IMG/VR virus record: IMGVR_UViG_3300047313_000057
Span: 54,245 to 118,244 of that record
Source: a virus
Lineage: Duplodnaviria; Caudoviricetes
Strand: one strand, 5' to 3'
Length of the DNA stretch: 64,000 nt
The translations under genes were made by a program, and so were the position numbers. The notes under the pieces were generated by a model that was not told the DNA's origin, did no database searches, and saw only the letters and a list, made by a program, of their open reading frames with translations. Numbering within the stretch: the first letter of the stretch is position 1; each line of letters begins with the position of its first letter. Positions 9,686 through 18,769 of the stretch are shown in pieces.

Positions 9686-10600
9686 TCACGCCAGTCCTAT
9701 GCGCCGCAGCGGCTCGCCTAAACAGCGTTCCGGCGAGAACCGCTCCCGCAGCCGGGCGAATTGATCCCGATGGACGTCGCGCCATGCCGCCTGCATCGCG
9801 ATCGCCTCGATAAAGAAGGCGTCCAGGGACGGGGCAAACCGTACCACCTCGTCCCACGGCCTGCTGAGGTCGTGTGGCTCGGCGATGACCGGGCGGCCGA
9901 GCATCAGCGCCACATTGCAGCGCGACGACGACACGAGGCCCATCGGCTCGAACTTGCGGATCTGCACGACGACGCGGGCTTGCCGGATGATGCGGTCGCG
10001 GGCCGCCTGGGGCACGAACGATGCCTCGATGCGCAGCGGCTTGGCGATGCCGGCGGCGGCGGCATATCGGGTCAGAACCTCGAGGATGGCCTGCCGGCGC
10101 TCGCTCAGGACGCCGAAGAAGCCGAATGCATAATCCGGCTCGACACCGTCATCGCGGCGGACGAGACCGGGGGCGTACCCCATTTCGATGAAGGCGGACG
10201 GCGCATATTGGCCATACCAGCGCTGCACGTGGTCGCCGGGAACGAGATGGAGGATGCCATCGAAGTACCGCGCCGCCTCGCCGAACGCCTCCATGCGTGC
10301 GGTCATGCCGTCGCCGCAGCCGTGATTGAAGCCCTTGCCCTCGATCGGCTCTTCAGTGGCGAGACAGACGAAGCGCGCCCCCTTGGCGTGCTCCCGCGCC
10401 AGGACGGCGGTCGCTGCGGGGCCGAAGCGCTCGAAGACGAGGTTGACGCCCTCGCTCCGGCGCAGGAACCGGTCATTCTGGGGACGCCACACCGCGCTGT
10501 GGCCCAGCGCCTCCAGCTGGCGGCCGATGATGTAGACGAGGTCGTGGAGCGGGACCTGTTCGGATTCACTGTGATTGAACAGTTGAAATAGAAATTGCAT
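9686..10600 (-). CDS. putative glycosyltransferase (CgeB-like), paralog A
   Basis: GGAGG RBS before MQFLFQLFNH; strongly similar to 546-1496. Confidence 0.65.
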   Translation of the reverse strand: MQFLFQLFNHSESEQVPLHDLVYIIGRQLEALGHSAVWRPQNDRFLRRSEGVNLVFERFGPAATAVLAREHAKGARFVCLATEEPIEGKGFNHGCGDGMTARMEAFGEAARYFDGILHLVPGDHVQRWYGQYAPSAFIEMGYAPGLVRRDDGVEPDYAFGFFGVLSERRQAILEVLTRYAAAAGIAKPLRIEASFVPQAARDRIIRQARVVVQIRKFEPMGLVSSSRCNVALMLGRPVIAEPHDLSRPWDEVVRFAPSLDAFFIEAIAMQAAWRDVHRDQFARLRERFSPERCLGEPLRRIGLA

Positions 10601-10640
10601 TCCCCTTCCTCCTATGGTCCACAGGATATGGATCATAGGA

Positions 10641-10656
10641 GTTAACGTTTCCTTAG
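10641..10656 (-). promoter_or_regulatory. possible CtrA box (CTAA-N7-TTAAC)
   Basis: one mismatch to TTAA-N7-TTAAC, in the AT-rich gap upstream of GT paralog A. Confidence 0.3.
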
Positions 10657-10670
10657 AAAAGTGCCGGCTA

Positions 10671-11129
10671 TTAATCCGCCTCGGCTACCTGAGCACAAGA
10701 AATCCCGTTGCGCCGCCACATGGCCACGACGATCGATCGATCCTCGAATGCCATTATCGGTTTGTAGCCATCGGTTCTGATCTGTGCCAGATATTCCTCC
10801 TTGACAATGTCGTCATCACGTCGGTCATGATGATCTTCATCCTTGCGCATATAGACGCGGGGATCTGTGATGCCAAGATGCCGTGAAAGCCATTCCTGCG
10901 TCTTGACGCGAACACGATCAGGGCGGCCTGTGGCGAACAGGATCACTTGATTCGCAGAAATGAGCGTTTGCGCCAGCGAGATCATATGCGTGATAGGCGC
11001 ATCATCCTTACATGCTTCGAAATATGTATCCCAGTCCTTTGGTTCACTCTCCAAATGATGCTGACGATGCGCAGGATCAGCAAGCGTGCCGTCAACATCA
11101 AAGAGATAACATGGAATTGCTTCAATCAT
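10671..11129 (-). CDS. HAD-family phosphatase (T4 PseT 3'-phosphatase domain-like)
   Basis: FDVDGTLAD, ATGRP, MRK...RRDDDIVK, FEDRSIVVAMWRRNGISCAQV. Confidence 0.85.
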   Translation of the reverse strand: MIEAIPCYLFDVDGTLADPAHRQHHLESEPKDWDTYFEACKDDAPITHMISLAQTLISANQVILFATGRPDRVRVKTQEWLSRHLGITDPRVYMRKDEDHHDRRDDDIVKEEYLAQIRTDGYKPIMAFEDRSIVVAMWRRNGISCAQVAEAD

Positions 11130-11141
11130 GGCGCGGTTTTG

Positions 11142-11327
11142 CTAGACGTTGCGATGGTCATACCGGAGCATATCGTCCCAATTGCGCCCCGTCGCAAAGA
11201 CCGGTACGCCACGGGCGGCAGCCGGCGCGGCCATGCCGGAGACCCCGGTGACGGGCGCGGCGAGCGCCGCAAGGCCGAGCCACTTCAGCCAGGTACGTCT
11301 GTTCATCTGCTGTATCTCCGGAGTCAT
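11142..11327 (-). CDS. small hypothetical protein with twin-Arg-like leader
   Basis: MNRRTWLKWLGLAALAAP. Confidence 0.35.
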   Translation of the reverse strand: MTPEIQQMNRRTWLKWLGLAALAAPVTGVSGMAAPAAARGVPVFATGRNWDDMLRYDHRNV

Positions 11328-11344
11328 CGCTGAAAGACTCTTGC

Positions 11345-11749
11345 TCACGGCCAAACTTGCCGCGCGAAATAGACGATGACCGCCGTTGAGACCAGCACGA
11401 TGAACGGCAGCACCCGGTCGCCGGCTTTGCCGCCGTTCGTCCGCGGCGGATCGGCGGGCGGCGCCAGCAGCCGCGGGTTCTGTGCCGATGCGCCCGCATC
11501 CGGCGCGCCGAACTCGCCGCAGAAGCCGTGGGCCGCATCGACCCACCGCCAGCTCATGCAGCCTGAGGCGCGGCAGCGGTAGCACTGATACTTGAAGTCG
11601 CGGTACCACTGCGGCTGCCAGAGTTTCTTGATCCGGCTCTTGATTTCATCGCGGACGGTGTCGCGCGTCACGTTGTAGCTGCCGTTCGCCGAGCGCACGC
11701 GCACCAGCGGGCACCATTTCTTCTTGGCTTCTTTTTCCGTGAGGATCAT
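11345..11749 (-). CDS. phage hypothetical protein, Cys-containing, C-terminal TM helix
   Basis: KWCP...CRASGCMSWRW...GFCG; ATGA coupling. Confidence 0.6.
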   Translation of the reverse strand: MILTEKEAKKKWCPLVRVRSANGSYNVTRDTVRDEIKSRIKKLWQPQWYRDFKYQCYRCRASGCMSWRWVDAAHGFCGEFGAPDAGASAQNPRLLAPPADPPRTNGGKAGDRVLPFIVLVSTAVIVYFARQVWP

Positions 11750-12672
11750 ACGTTGCCGTGCTCGAAGCTCTTGAACATGCGGTAGCCGCGCAGCAATTCG
11801 GCAATGCCGTCATCGAGCGAATGGCGCGGCGCCCATCCCGTCGCTTCGATCTTGGCGTTCGAGACGACGTAATCCCGCTTGTCGGGATCCTCGCCGATCG
11901 CCGCCTCGGTGAAGGTGAACGGGACGTGCTTGGCGATGCGCTCGCACAGCTGGAGCTTGGTCAGGTTCGCGCTGGACAGTCCGACATTGTAGACGTTGTC
12001 CTTCATCGCCTCCCAATTGTTCAGGGCATGGACGAAGGCGCGGGCGGCATCGCGGACGTGGACGAAGTTGCGGCGGAAGTGGGCCTCGAAGAGAATAAGG
12101 GCACGGTCGCGCAGCGCGCGCAGCACGAAGTCGTTGACGAGAAGGTCGGTGCGCATGCGCGGCGAGATGCCGAACAGTGTGGCGAGCCGCAGGCTCACGG
12201 CGTTGCCGCGGTCCATGACGAGCTTTTCCGCCTCGACCTTGGTGTGGCCGTAGGTACTGACAGGGTGGAGCGGGGATTCCTCGGTGCATTCCGCATCATC
12301 GCCGATGCCGTAGCCCGAGTTCGAGATCGGGATCACGATCCGCTGCTCGGCCGATGCCGCGTGAGCCAGCATCCTCACCGCGTCGACGTTGATGCTCCAG
12401 GCGTCGTCCCACCTGGCCTCACACAGCGGCGCCCCGACCAGCGCCGCCAGCGGAAGGATCACGTCGGCGCTGCGCACCAGCACTCTCAGGATGCTGGCTT
12501 CGCGGACATCGCCGCGGTGGATTTCCAGGTTCGGATTCGCGCACCATGGTGCGAGGCTCGGCACGCCCCAGGAGAAGTTGTCCAGGACAATGACGTGGTG
12601 ACCGTCCTGGAGGAGTTCGCCGGTGAGGATCGAGCCCAGATAGCCGGCGCCGCCGGTGACGAGGATCTTCAT
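11746..12672 (-). CDS. NAD-dependent epimerase/dehydratase/reductase (extended SDR)
   Basis: ILVTGGAGYLGS, YGHTK (YxxxK), RNFVHVRD. Confidence 0.9.
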   Translation of the reverse strand: MKILVTGGAGYLGSILTGELLQDGHHVIVLDNFSWGVPSLAPWCANPNLEIHRGDVREASILRVLVRSADVILPLAALVGAPLCEARWDDAWSINVDAVRMLAHAASAEQRIVIPISNSGYGIGDDAECTEESPLHPVSTYGHTKVEAEKLVMDRGNAVSLRLATLFGISPRMRTDLLVNDFVLRALRDRALILFEAHFRRNFVHVRDAARAFVHALNNWEAMKDNVYNVGLSSANLTKLQLCERIAKHVPFTFTEAAIGEDPDKRDYVVSNAKIEATGWAPRHSLDDGIAELLRGYRMFKSFEHGNV

Positions 12673-12890
12673 GCCCGCAGCGCCTTGTGTATTATTTCGT
12701 CAGCCGTCTGATATTCTTTGACCGTCAGCGCCTCATATTCCTTGATCGCTGCCACCACCGCCTTTGCCATGATCCCAGAAATAAGACGATTGGTGGATGC
12801 GTCTCTTGTGTCCATCTTGAGCCGATGAAATTCGGCCATGCACTCGGTCACAAACCGCTGTTCGAGCATGTCCCAATCGGCCGGGGTCAC
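12669..12890 (-). CDS. hypothetical protein
   Basis: coupled by overlaps on both sides; lower GC. Confidence 0.5.
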   Translation of the reverse strand: MTPADWDMLEQRFVTECMAEFHRLKMDTRDASTNRLISGIMAKAVVAAIKEYEALTVKEYQTADEIIHKALRA

Positions 12891-14074
12891 GTCAGCGCCT
12901 CCCGCATGACCCCAACGGCCTTCTCGATCTGCGGGGTGAGGTCCAAGGGCCCGTTCCCCAGGAACAGCCCGCAGTCATGGATGCGGTCGGCCCGCGGCGC
13001 CGGCTGATCGGCCCATGGCGCGCCGTAGCGATGACGCCGGAACGAACCGCCGGTCGGCAGACGGCAATCGATGCCGGCCTCGCGCAGCTTGTGGACGAGG
13101 TGATTGCGCCCACGCCAGCCCATGCACTCGAAGTGCAGGCCGAACGGACTTTGCGTGCCGTTGGAAACCGGCAGCTTGACCGGCAGGTCGGCCACCAGTG
13201 TCTGGAACAGTTTCCAGTTTGCGGTGCGCTTTTCGATGAAGATCGGCAGCTTCCTGAGCTGCTCGCGCGCGACGGCGGCGTAGATTTCGGTCGGACGCAG
13301 GTTGTAGCCCATGAGGTGAAAGTCGTACTCATCGCAGAACGACGCCGGCTTGCGGACATCCCGGCTCCAGCCATGGGCGCGCAGCATGCGGCAGAGCTCG
13401 GCGCATTCATCGTCGCTGGTCAGGACGACCCCGCCTTCGACCGCGGACAGTTGATGCGACCAGAACAGCGAGAACGTGTTCATCAGCCCGCGGGTGCCGC
13501 ACTTGCGGCGCTTCAGATCGACGGCGCCGATGCTCTCGCAGTTGTCCTCGATAATCGGCCAGGGCGCTTCGCCCCAGAAGTGCGCCGGATTGCCGAGGAT
13601 GGAGCACACGACCTGCAGGCTGATCGCCGGCTCGCCATGGTACTGTCCGACGTTCCATTGGTCGTTGCAGTCGGCGACCACCAATTCGAGCCCATGCTGC
13701 ACCAGCGGCGCGTAGGTCGTGGCCCAGGCGAGCGCCGGCACGACGACCTTGTCGCCGCGCTTGAGCGGGCGGTCCTGACGATGGAACATCGCCGCGACCG
13801 CGACAAGGTTGGCCGATGAGCCCGAGTTCACCATGACGGCATGCTTCATGCCGTGCCATTGTGCGAACTCGTGCTCGAACGCCTCGACCTCGGGTCCCAT
13901 GGTGAGGCGACCGGAGGCCAGCACCCGCGCGATGGCCGCGTGTTCTTCCTCGCCCCAGACGGAATAGGCGGTGGGAAAGAAGCATTCTTTCACAGATTTA
14001 TTGGTTATTGCCGGATGGGCGTTGGCCAGGATTTGGCGCGATTCCGCAAGTTCCGTTGTACTAAAAACCGTCAT
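12887..14074 (-). CDS. DegT/DnrJ-fold PLP/PMP enzyme, ColD/DdhC-like 3-dehydratase
   Basis: VNSGSSANL, EDNCES, FSLFWSHQLSAVEGG with His at the catalytic-Lys position, GYNLRP. Confidence 0.8.
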   Translation of the reverse strand: MTVFSTTELAESRQILANAHPAITNKSVKECFFPTAYSVWGEEEHAAIARVLASGRLTMGPEVEAFEHEFAQWHGMKHAVMVNSGSSANLVAVAAMFHRQDRPLKRGDKVVVPALAWATTYAPLVQHGLELVVADCNDQWNVGQYHGEPAISLQVVCSILGNPAHFWGEAPWPIIEDNCESIGAVDLKRRKCGTRGLMNTFSLFWSHQLSAVEGGVVLTSDDECAELCRMLRAHGWSRDVRKPASFCDEYDFHLMGYNLRPTEIYAAVAREQLRKLPIFIEKRTANWKLFQTLVADLPVKLPVSNGTQSPFGLHFECMGWRGRNHLVHKLREAGIDCRLPTGGSFRRHRYGAPWADQPAPRADRIHDCGLFLGNGPLDLTPQIEKAVGVMREALT

Positions 14075-14086
14075 GATGCTTCGTTC

Positions 14087-14611
14087 TCAATACAGCGCCG
14101 CATCTTCCACAAGAATCGCCGGTCCGTTGTTGTCAAGCGCACAGGCGTAATAGTCGTGGATGTCATCCACAGTTTTCAAACGATGCACGGCGACGGTTTT
14201 CAGCATCAGTCCGAACGCCTCGGAAAAATCCCCGAGATGCTGCGGTCCCGGGTCGAGCGGCTGGTCGGTCGCGACCGCCGTCCTGATGATGACCTTCGGC
14301 CGGTAGCCGCCGCCGGAATAGAGCGGCAGCTTGTCGAGGTGGTTGACGAGCTGGTTCGTCGCGCACAACAGGAAATTCCAGCGCGGATAGATGCAGACCG
14401 GAATGAGGCCCTCCAGCGACAGGCCGATGGCCATGCCCATCTGCATGTCCTCGGCAACCGGCAATTCGATCTTGCGTTCGGGGGGAACGGCCTGGAGAGT
14501 CTTGAACATGGCCGTGCCGGGATAGGCGACGGTCTGGCCGATGAACACGGTGCGGGGGTCCGCGGCGAGCTTTCCCATCGCCGCGCACAGGGCGTCGAAG
14601 TAGGCCGTCAT
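14087..14611 (-). CDS. TPP-enzyme E1 beta / transketolase pyrimidine-binding domain (short form)
   Basis: IELPVAEDMQMGMAIGLSLEG, NQLVNH, GPQH. Confidence 0.85.
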   Translation of the reverse strand: MTAYFDALCAAMGKLAADPRTVFIGQTVAYPGTAMFKTLQAVPPERKIELPVAEDMQMGMAIGLSLEGLIPVCIYPRWNFLLCATNQLVNHLDKLPLYSGGGYRPKVIIRTAVATDQPLDPGPQHLGDFSEAFGLMLKTVAVHRLKTVDDIHDYYACALDNNGPAILVEDAALY

Positions 14612-14784
14612 TTATTCCTGCTTCTACGGCGGTCTTCGTCCGTCCAGCCTTGCCGCCAAGCAGCCCACATTTCATCGAGCTTGAAGGGCGGACATGCTGT
14701 TATCGTCATGTCCATGGCACGCGCTGCCGCGCCTTCCTGTTTGAGGCTATGCTCTATGTCGGTAGCAAGCAGCAACTTTAACAT
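14608..14784 (-). CDS. 58-aa hypothetical protein with RMF-like CP...W..GW tail
   Basis: below the ORF-track cutoff; MLKLLLATD...ACPPFKLDEMWAAWRQGWTDEDRRRSRNK; TGATG and ATGA overlaps. Confidence 0.55.
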   Translation of the reverse strand: MLKLLLATDIEHSLKQEGAAARAMDMTITACPPFKLDEMWAAWRQGWTDEDRRRSRNK

Positions 14785-15386
14785 CAGAAATTCACCCTTA
14801 CGCCTGCCCCACTATGGGGCCATGGCAGCTTGTACTGGAAATACTCCACATAGATGTCGCTGTTCGGATTCCTGTCCTCACCCCAAGTCTCTTTCGTCGG
14901 CGTGCACACCGATAGCCCGTTGTCCGCAATCACGAACCGCATCGGCAGGCCGTGGCCGTGGGCATAGCGCACGCATTCCCAGTACATGCCGGAGGCCCCC
15001 GTCATGTCACCGACGAAGCACCAGACCTTTTCAGTGCCCCCGCGCCGCTTCACCGCCATGGCGAGACCGGTCCCGATCGGCAGGATGCCGCCGACGATGG
15101 CCGAGGAAAGGATCCTGTAGTCGGGATAGCACAAGGTAATCGAATGGCCGGCGAGGATGTCCCGCCGCAGCCGTTCGGGGGAAACGCCCTTGAGCAGGCA
15201 CTCATAATGCGAACGCCATTGCACCAGGACCCAATCCTGCGGCTGCACACCCTCGAAGATGCGGATCAGGTCCTCTTCGCAACCGCCGGCCAGATGCACC
15301 GGGGCACGGATTTTGCCCGCATTGAAGTCGTCGGCGATCTGGCGCTCGAAGGCGCGGAGGCTGTCGGGCGTATGGCCGGTCTTCAC
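14784..15386 (-). CDS. TPP-enzyme E1 alpha (short form)
   Basis: PVHLAGGCE, WRSHY, SAIVGG, GDM...DN TPP-binding motif variant; GTGA overlap. Confidence 0.85.
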   Translation of the reverse strand: MKTGHTPDSLRAFERQIADDFNAGKIRAPVHLAGGCEEDLIRIFEGVQPQDWVLVQWRSHYECLLKGVSPERLRRDILAGHSITLCYPDYRILSSAIVGGILPIGTGLAMAVKRRGGTEKVWCFVGDMTGASGMYWECVRYAHGHGLPMRFVIADNGLSVCTPTKETWGEDRNPNSDIYVEYFQYKLPWPHSGAGVRVNF

Positions 15387-15895
15387 GCCGCACCGTTGCC
15401 GTTGAACACATCCCAGTTCCCGAACTCCGCCACCAGCTCCGCCGCAAAGCAATCCAGCTTGAAGTCATGCCTTCCGCCGTCCACCGCCGCGAGTTCGTTC
15501 TTGGCCGCATTGCGCACGCCGTTGATCGAGTGGGTGAGTTTCAACAGCTTGTCCTGTTCGGCGCCCCCCGCGCGCGCCTTGCTCTCGTTCTCCCAGATGA
15601 AACGATTGCTGAGCATGATCACGCAGATCGCCCGCACTTCCTTGGCGCCGATATGCGCCCCTTTTACCGCAAGGCCATCGAGGATCATGTCGACGTCATG
15701 CATGATGTCGGCCATCTCCGCCATGTAGGCGTCCTTCTTCTCGGAAATGAAGATGGCCTTCTGCTGGACGATGGTGAGCCTGTCGATGAGGTCGGAGAGG
15801 GTCGGGAGGTAGCGGCGCTGCGGCACTGCAGGCCCAGGGAATGACTGCACCAATTGACCTGAGTCGATGAGAGACTGCATCTGCATCGCATCCAT
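15383..15895 (-). CDS. helical hypothetical protein (DUF6165-like)
   Basis: LSDLIDRLTIVQQK...NRFIWENE...NGVRNAAKN. Confidence 0.55.
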   Translation of the reverse strand: MDAMQMQSLIDSGQLVQSFPGPAVPQRRYLPTLSDLIDRLTIVQQKAIFISEKKDAYMAEMADIMHDVDMILDGLAVKGAHIGAKEVRAICVIMLSNRFIWENESKARAGGAEQDKLLKLTHSINGVRNAAKNELAAVDGGRHDFKLDCFAAELVAEFGNWDVFNGNGAA

Positions 15896-16236
15896 CAAAA
15901 TGTCGTCCTGTTTGCCGGATTCCCGGTCAATGTGAACTGCCCATCTTCGACTGAGACCGGCGGACTGCCCGGCGTCTCGACGCTGTAATACACGATGCCC
16001 GCCGCCGCCCCGCGGCTGTCCCACTGTCCCGACCAACTGCCATCGGCATTCTGCGTCATCGCCACGATGACCGACTGCGCCGTATTGTCGGACGCCCGCG
16101 TATAGCTGATGTTGACCTGCGGCGTTCCGGTCGGCTGCTGCGCGTGGCTGAAGGCATCGAAGAAGTTCGAGGTGATCTCGATCGTCGCGCCGCGCGAGAA
16201 CACCGGCCACACCTTCTGCAATTGCGGCGTCGCCAC
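15895..16236 (-). CDS. putative small beta-sandwich virion protein
   Basis: alternating beta pattern; position in the structural operon. Confidence 0.55.
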   Translation of the reverse strand: MATPQLQKVWPVFSRGATIEITSNFFDAFSHAQQPTGTPQVNISYTRASDNTAQSVIVAMTQNADGSWSGQWDSRGAAAGIVYYSVETPGSPPVSVEDGQFTLTGNPANRTTF

Positions 16237-17727
16237 CTAACTGACCTCGGTGTCCGAGCCCGCGCCGCCGACCGCGGAAACCGACGCGGTCGCGCTCGCC
16301 GTCGAGCCTGAGAGCATCTGCCGGACGGCGGAAATCGAGGTGATCGCGGTCACGATCGAATTACTGAGCATCGCGGTGACCCGGACGATGGCATAGACGA
16401 CATTGGCCGCGGGCAGCGGCGGCGGCGGGATGATGGCGTAGGCGACAAGCGGCGGCTGCACGACCTGCTGCCACCAGGGCGCCCGGTCGTCGTAGTTGAA
16501 TCTCCAGAACCGCGGCAGAACCTGCCCCGGCTGGCCGAAAAACTTCGCCTGCGTTGCCGTGAGGACGGCGGCATGGCTGGGTTGTACCGGCCATGTCCAG
16601 ACGCTGGCGTCGTTCTGCGTGAAGTTGGGCCGGAACGGCGGCACCTGCCCCGGCTGGCCGTAGAAGCGCGCCTGGACGAAGATCGTCCGCATCGGCGGCG
16701 GCAACCACGTCCAGGCCGCGTCCTCCGAATAGAACGAAGGACGCGGATGGACGAGCGGGGCGCTGACCTGAAGGAGGGACCGCGAGGACGGCAGCGGGCG
16801 CGTCCACGCTGCGGGATCGTCCTGCGTCGCGTTCCAGCGGAACGGATACCCTTGACCGGGCTGGCCATAGAACCGCGCCTGCGTCGTGGTGACGGCGGCC
16901 GAATAACTCGGCAGCGGCGCGCCCAGCCATGACGGCAGCTCGTCATAGGCCCGCTGGTATTGAATCTGATACGCGAACGGCTGCTGCTGCTGCGTCAACC
17001 CAAAAAGGATTGCAAACGGGATGTTCTGGTCTTCGGGAACAATCGACCATGGCGCCGTATCTTCATACTTGGTGCCAAACTTGACGATATGCTGGCCCGC
17101 GGCGAGCACGGCGCCGAACAAATGCCGTGGTGCCGGACGAAATCCCCAGATCGCCGGATCGTCGACGATGTAGCCCCAGACATAAAGCGAGCTGGCTGGA
17201 ATGACCGGGTTCGTCGTCAGCAGATTGCTGTTGAGTGTCTCCGACGGCGGCTGCCAGTTCGCGGCATCGTCAGAGAGCTGATACGGCCACCACCGTTTGC
17301 TCGGGGCCTGCCCGCCCGCGCCATAGAAGCGCTGCTGGGTCAGGTTCGCGATGATCCACGAATCGAGGTTCTCAGTCGGCGGCTGCCATGACGGTGGATC
17401 GTCGATCGCCGCGAGCAGCGGCCGATTCCAGTTCTTGGCCGGGGCCTGCCCCGGCTGGCCGAAGAACTTGGCCTGCGTCGTGGTGAGCGCGATCGCACCG
17501 TCGCGATGGCTGATCGTGCCGGGGCCTGTCCAATCGCTGGCGTCGTTGTAGAGTTCGTAGGGCCACCACCGCTTGGTGGGCGCCTGCCCGGGCTGGCCGA
17601 AGAACTTGGCTTGCGTCCTGGTAAGCTGGATCGCCCCCGAGTTCATCCATTCCAGCTGCGGCCCCGTCCATTCCGCCAGATCGACGGGGCGCGGTGCCCA
17701 GAATGGCGCGCGGAGGACTTGGGCCAC
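16237..17727 (-). CDS. Pro/Trp/Gln-rich internal-repeat protein (putative fibre scaffold/ruler)
   Basis: six QA(K/R)F(F/Y)GQPGQ-like units and about eleven acidic-x3-W-x2-P-like units. Confidence 0.7.
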   Translation of the reverse strand: MAQVLRAPFWAPRPVDLAEWTGPQLEWMNSGAIQLTRTQAKFFGQPGQAPTKRWWPYELYNDASDWTGPGTISHRDGAIALTTTQAKFFGQPGQAPAKNWNRPLLAAIDDPPSWQPPTENLDSWIIANLTQQRFYGAGGQAPSKRWWPYQLSDDAANWQPPSETLNSNLLTTNPVIPASSLYVWGYIVDDPAIWGFRPAPRHLFGAVLAAGQHIVKFGTKYEDTAPWSIVPEDQNIPFAILFGLTQQQQPFAYQIQYQRAYDELPSWLGAPLPSYSAAVTTTQARFYGQPGQGYPFRWNATQDDPAAWTRPLPSSRSLLQVSAPLVHPRPSFYSEDAAWTWLPPPMRTIFVQARFYGQPGQVPPFRPNFTQNDASVWTWPVQPSHAAVLTATQAKFFGQPGQVLPRFWRFNYDDRAPWWQQVVQPPLVAYAIIPPPPLPAANVVYAIVRVTAMLSNSIVTAITSISAVRQMLSGSTASATASVSAVGGAGSDTEVS

Positions 17728-17730
17728 GGT

Positions 17731-18009
17731 CTACTCACCGTAGGTATGCTTGAGCAGAAAGTTTCCCGGGCCGCAGTTCGATCCGCCGACGTCAAGACTG
17801 GAATTGTTGTTGAGATGCGGCGCCGAGCCGACGGCAGTGGCATAGCAGCCCGGACAGATCGGCCGGTTCTCGGAGGCCGCCACGCCCTGCCCGACGATGA
17901 ACAGCGCCTTATTGAGAAACTCGCGCTCGCCGAGCGTCAGCGGCACCTTTTCCTCAAAAGGATTCTGGCACCAGCCGCAGCGTCTAAGCGGTCCGTGTCC
18001 CGGGATCAT
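17731..18009 (-). CDS. Zn-finger-like hypothetical protein
   Basis: CGWC...CPGC; ATGA coupling. Confidence 0.55.
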   Translation of the reverse strand: MIPGHGPLRRCGWCQNPFEEKVPLTLGEREFLNKALFIVGQGVAASENRPICPGCYATAVGSAPHLNNNSSLDVGGSNCGPGNFLLKHTYGE

Positions 18010-18236
18010 CGCACGGTGTCGATCGACTGCTCGCGCGCGCGGTTTTTTTGCTTGGTGTTGCGCGGATTCCCGTCGATATGATCCGCTACCGCCACGACGC
18101 CCATCTCGACCGCGCGGCGATATTCGGTGCCGCAGCCTTCCCACGGCGGCGCAAGGAACACCTTGCAATATTCGCGGTGGAAGGCGCGGGCGAGATCGTC
18201 GATATACTTTTCGCGCTCGGCGTTGGCGCGCATCAT
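18006..18236 (-). CDS. hypothetical protein
   Basis: ATGA coupling on both sides. Confidence 0.5.
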   Translation of the reverse strand: MMRANAEREKYIDDLARAFHREYCKVFLAPPWEGCGTEYRRAVEMGVVAVADHIDGNPRNTKQKNRAREQSIDTVR

Positions 18237-18751
18237 AATGCCTCGTAGATCAAATGACTGCCGACGGCCCCCATCGTGCCGCCGGTGAACGCGGACAATG
18301 ATACCTCGCCGTTCGTGGCGGCAGTATTCCCGTACAGCATCGGACACTCCTCTAAACGGTTCGCGCGCCAGAAGTACACGCCGCCAAAGGCGTTGAGCGA
18401 ACAGTTGAGCAGGTGGCCACCGAGCGAGCGCACCGGCGCCGACGTAACAAAAACATTCCCTGAACCTGTGGCGGTTCCGAGCGTCGTGAAGTTCGGGTTC
18501 AAGAAGTTGTCGCTGCCGGTGCCGTAGCTCTGGGCGCCGACGCCGACCGTCGAATCGTAGGACAGGATGATGAACATCGGCGATGACGACGACGCCGCCT
18601 GTCCGTTGATGCTGATCTCCCAGACATAGACTTGCTGAGTCGTGTTGCTGCCCTTGAGGGCGTGCAGATAGGTGCCGTTCACGAGCGCAGCGCCGTCGGC
18701 ATAGGCCGCCATGGCGGCGGTCGTCGGAATGTTGGCAATCCTGCGTGCCAT
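18233..18751 (-). CDS. putative beta-rich virion fibre/appendage subunit
   Basis: GAGGAG RBS; Ser/Thr/Gly-rich 172 aa with few charged residues. Confidence 0.6.
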   Translation of the reverse strand: MARRIANIPTTAAMAAYADGAALVNGTYLHALKGSNTTQQVYVWEISINGQAASSSSPMFIILSYDSTVGVGAQSYGTGSDNFLNPNFTTLGTATGSGNVFVTSAPVRSLGGHLLNCSLNAFGGVYFWRANRLEECPMLYGNTAATNGEVSLSAFTGGTMGAVGSHLIYEAL

Positions 18752-18769
18752 GGTTCAACTCCTCAAGAA

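Noticed and set aside
546-10600. DNA hypermodification as the purpose of the GT/dioxygenase cluster
   Set aside because: No C5-methylase, TET/JBP or dNMP hydroxymethylase was recognised and the cluster is in the late structural operon. Disfavoured, not excluded.
12723-12901. 12-nt repeat cgtcagcgcctc at the ColD-like gene end and inside the next small ORF
   Set aside because: Too short in GC-rich DNA to call a third junction duplication.
14087-15386. Pyruvate dehydrogenase as an auxiliary metabolic gene
   Set aside because: Both subunits are short, E2/E3 are absent and the context is nucleotide-sugar genes.
16500-17620. Regularly spaced ~35-bp repeats resembling a CRISPR array
   Set aside because: The repeats are degenerate at third codon positions and in frame within a protein; no cas genes are present.
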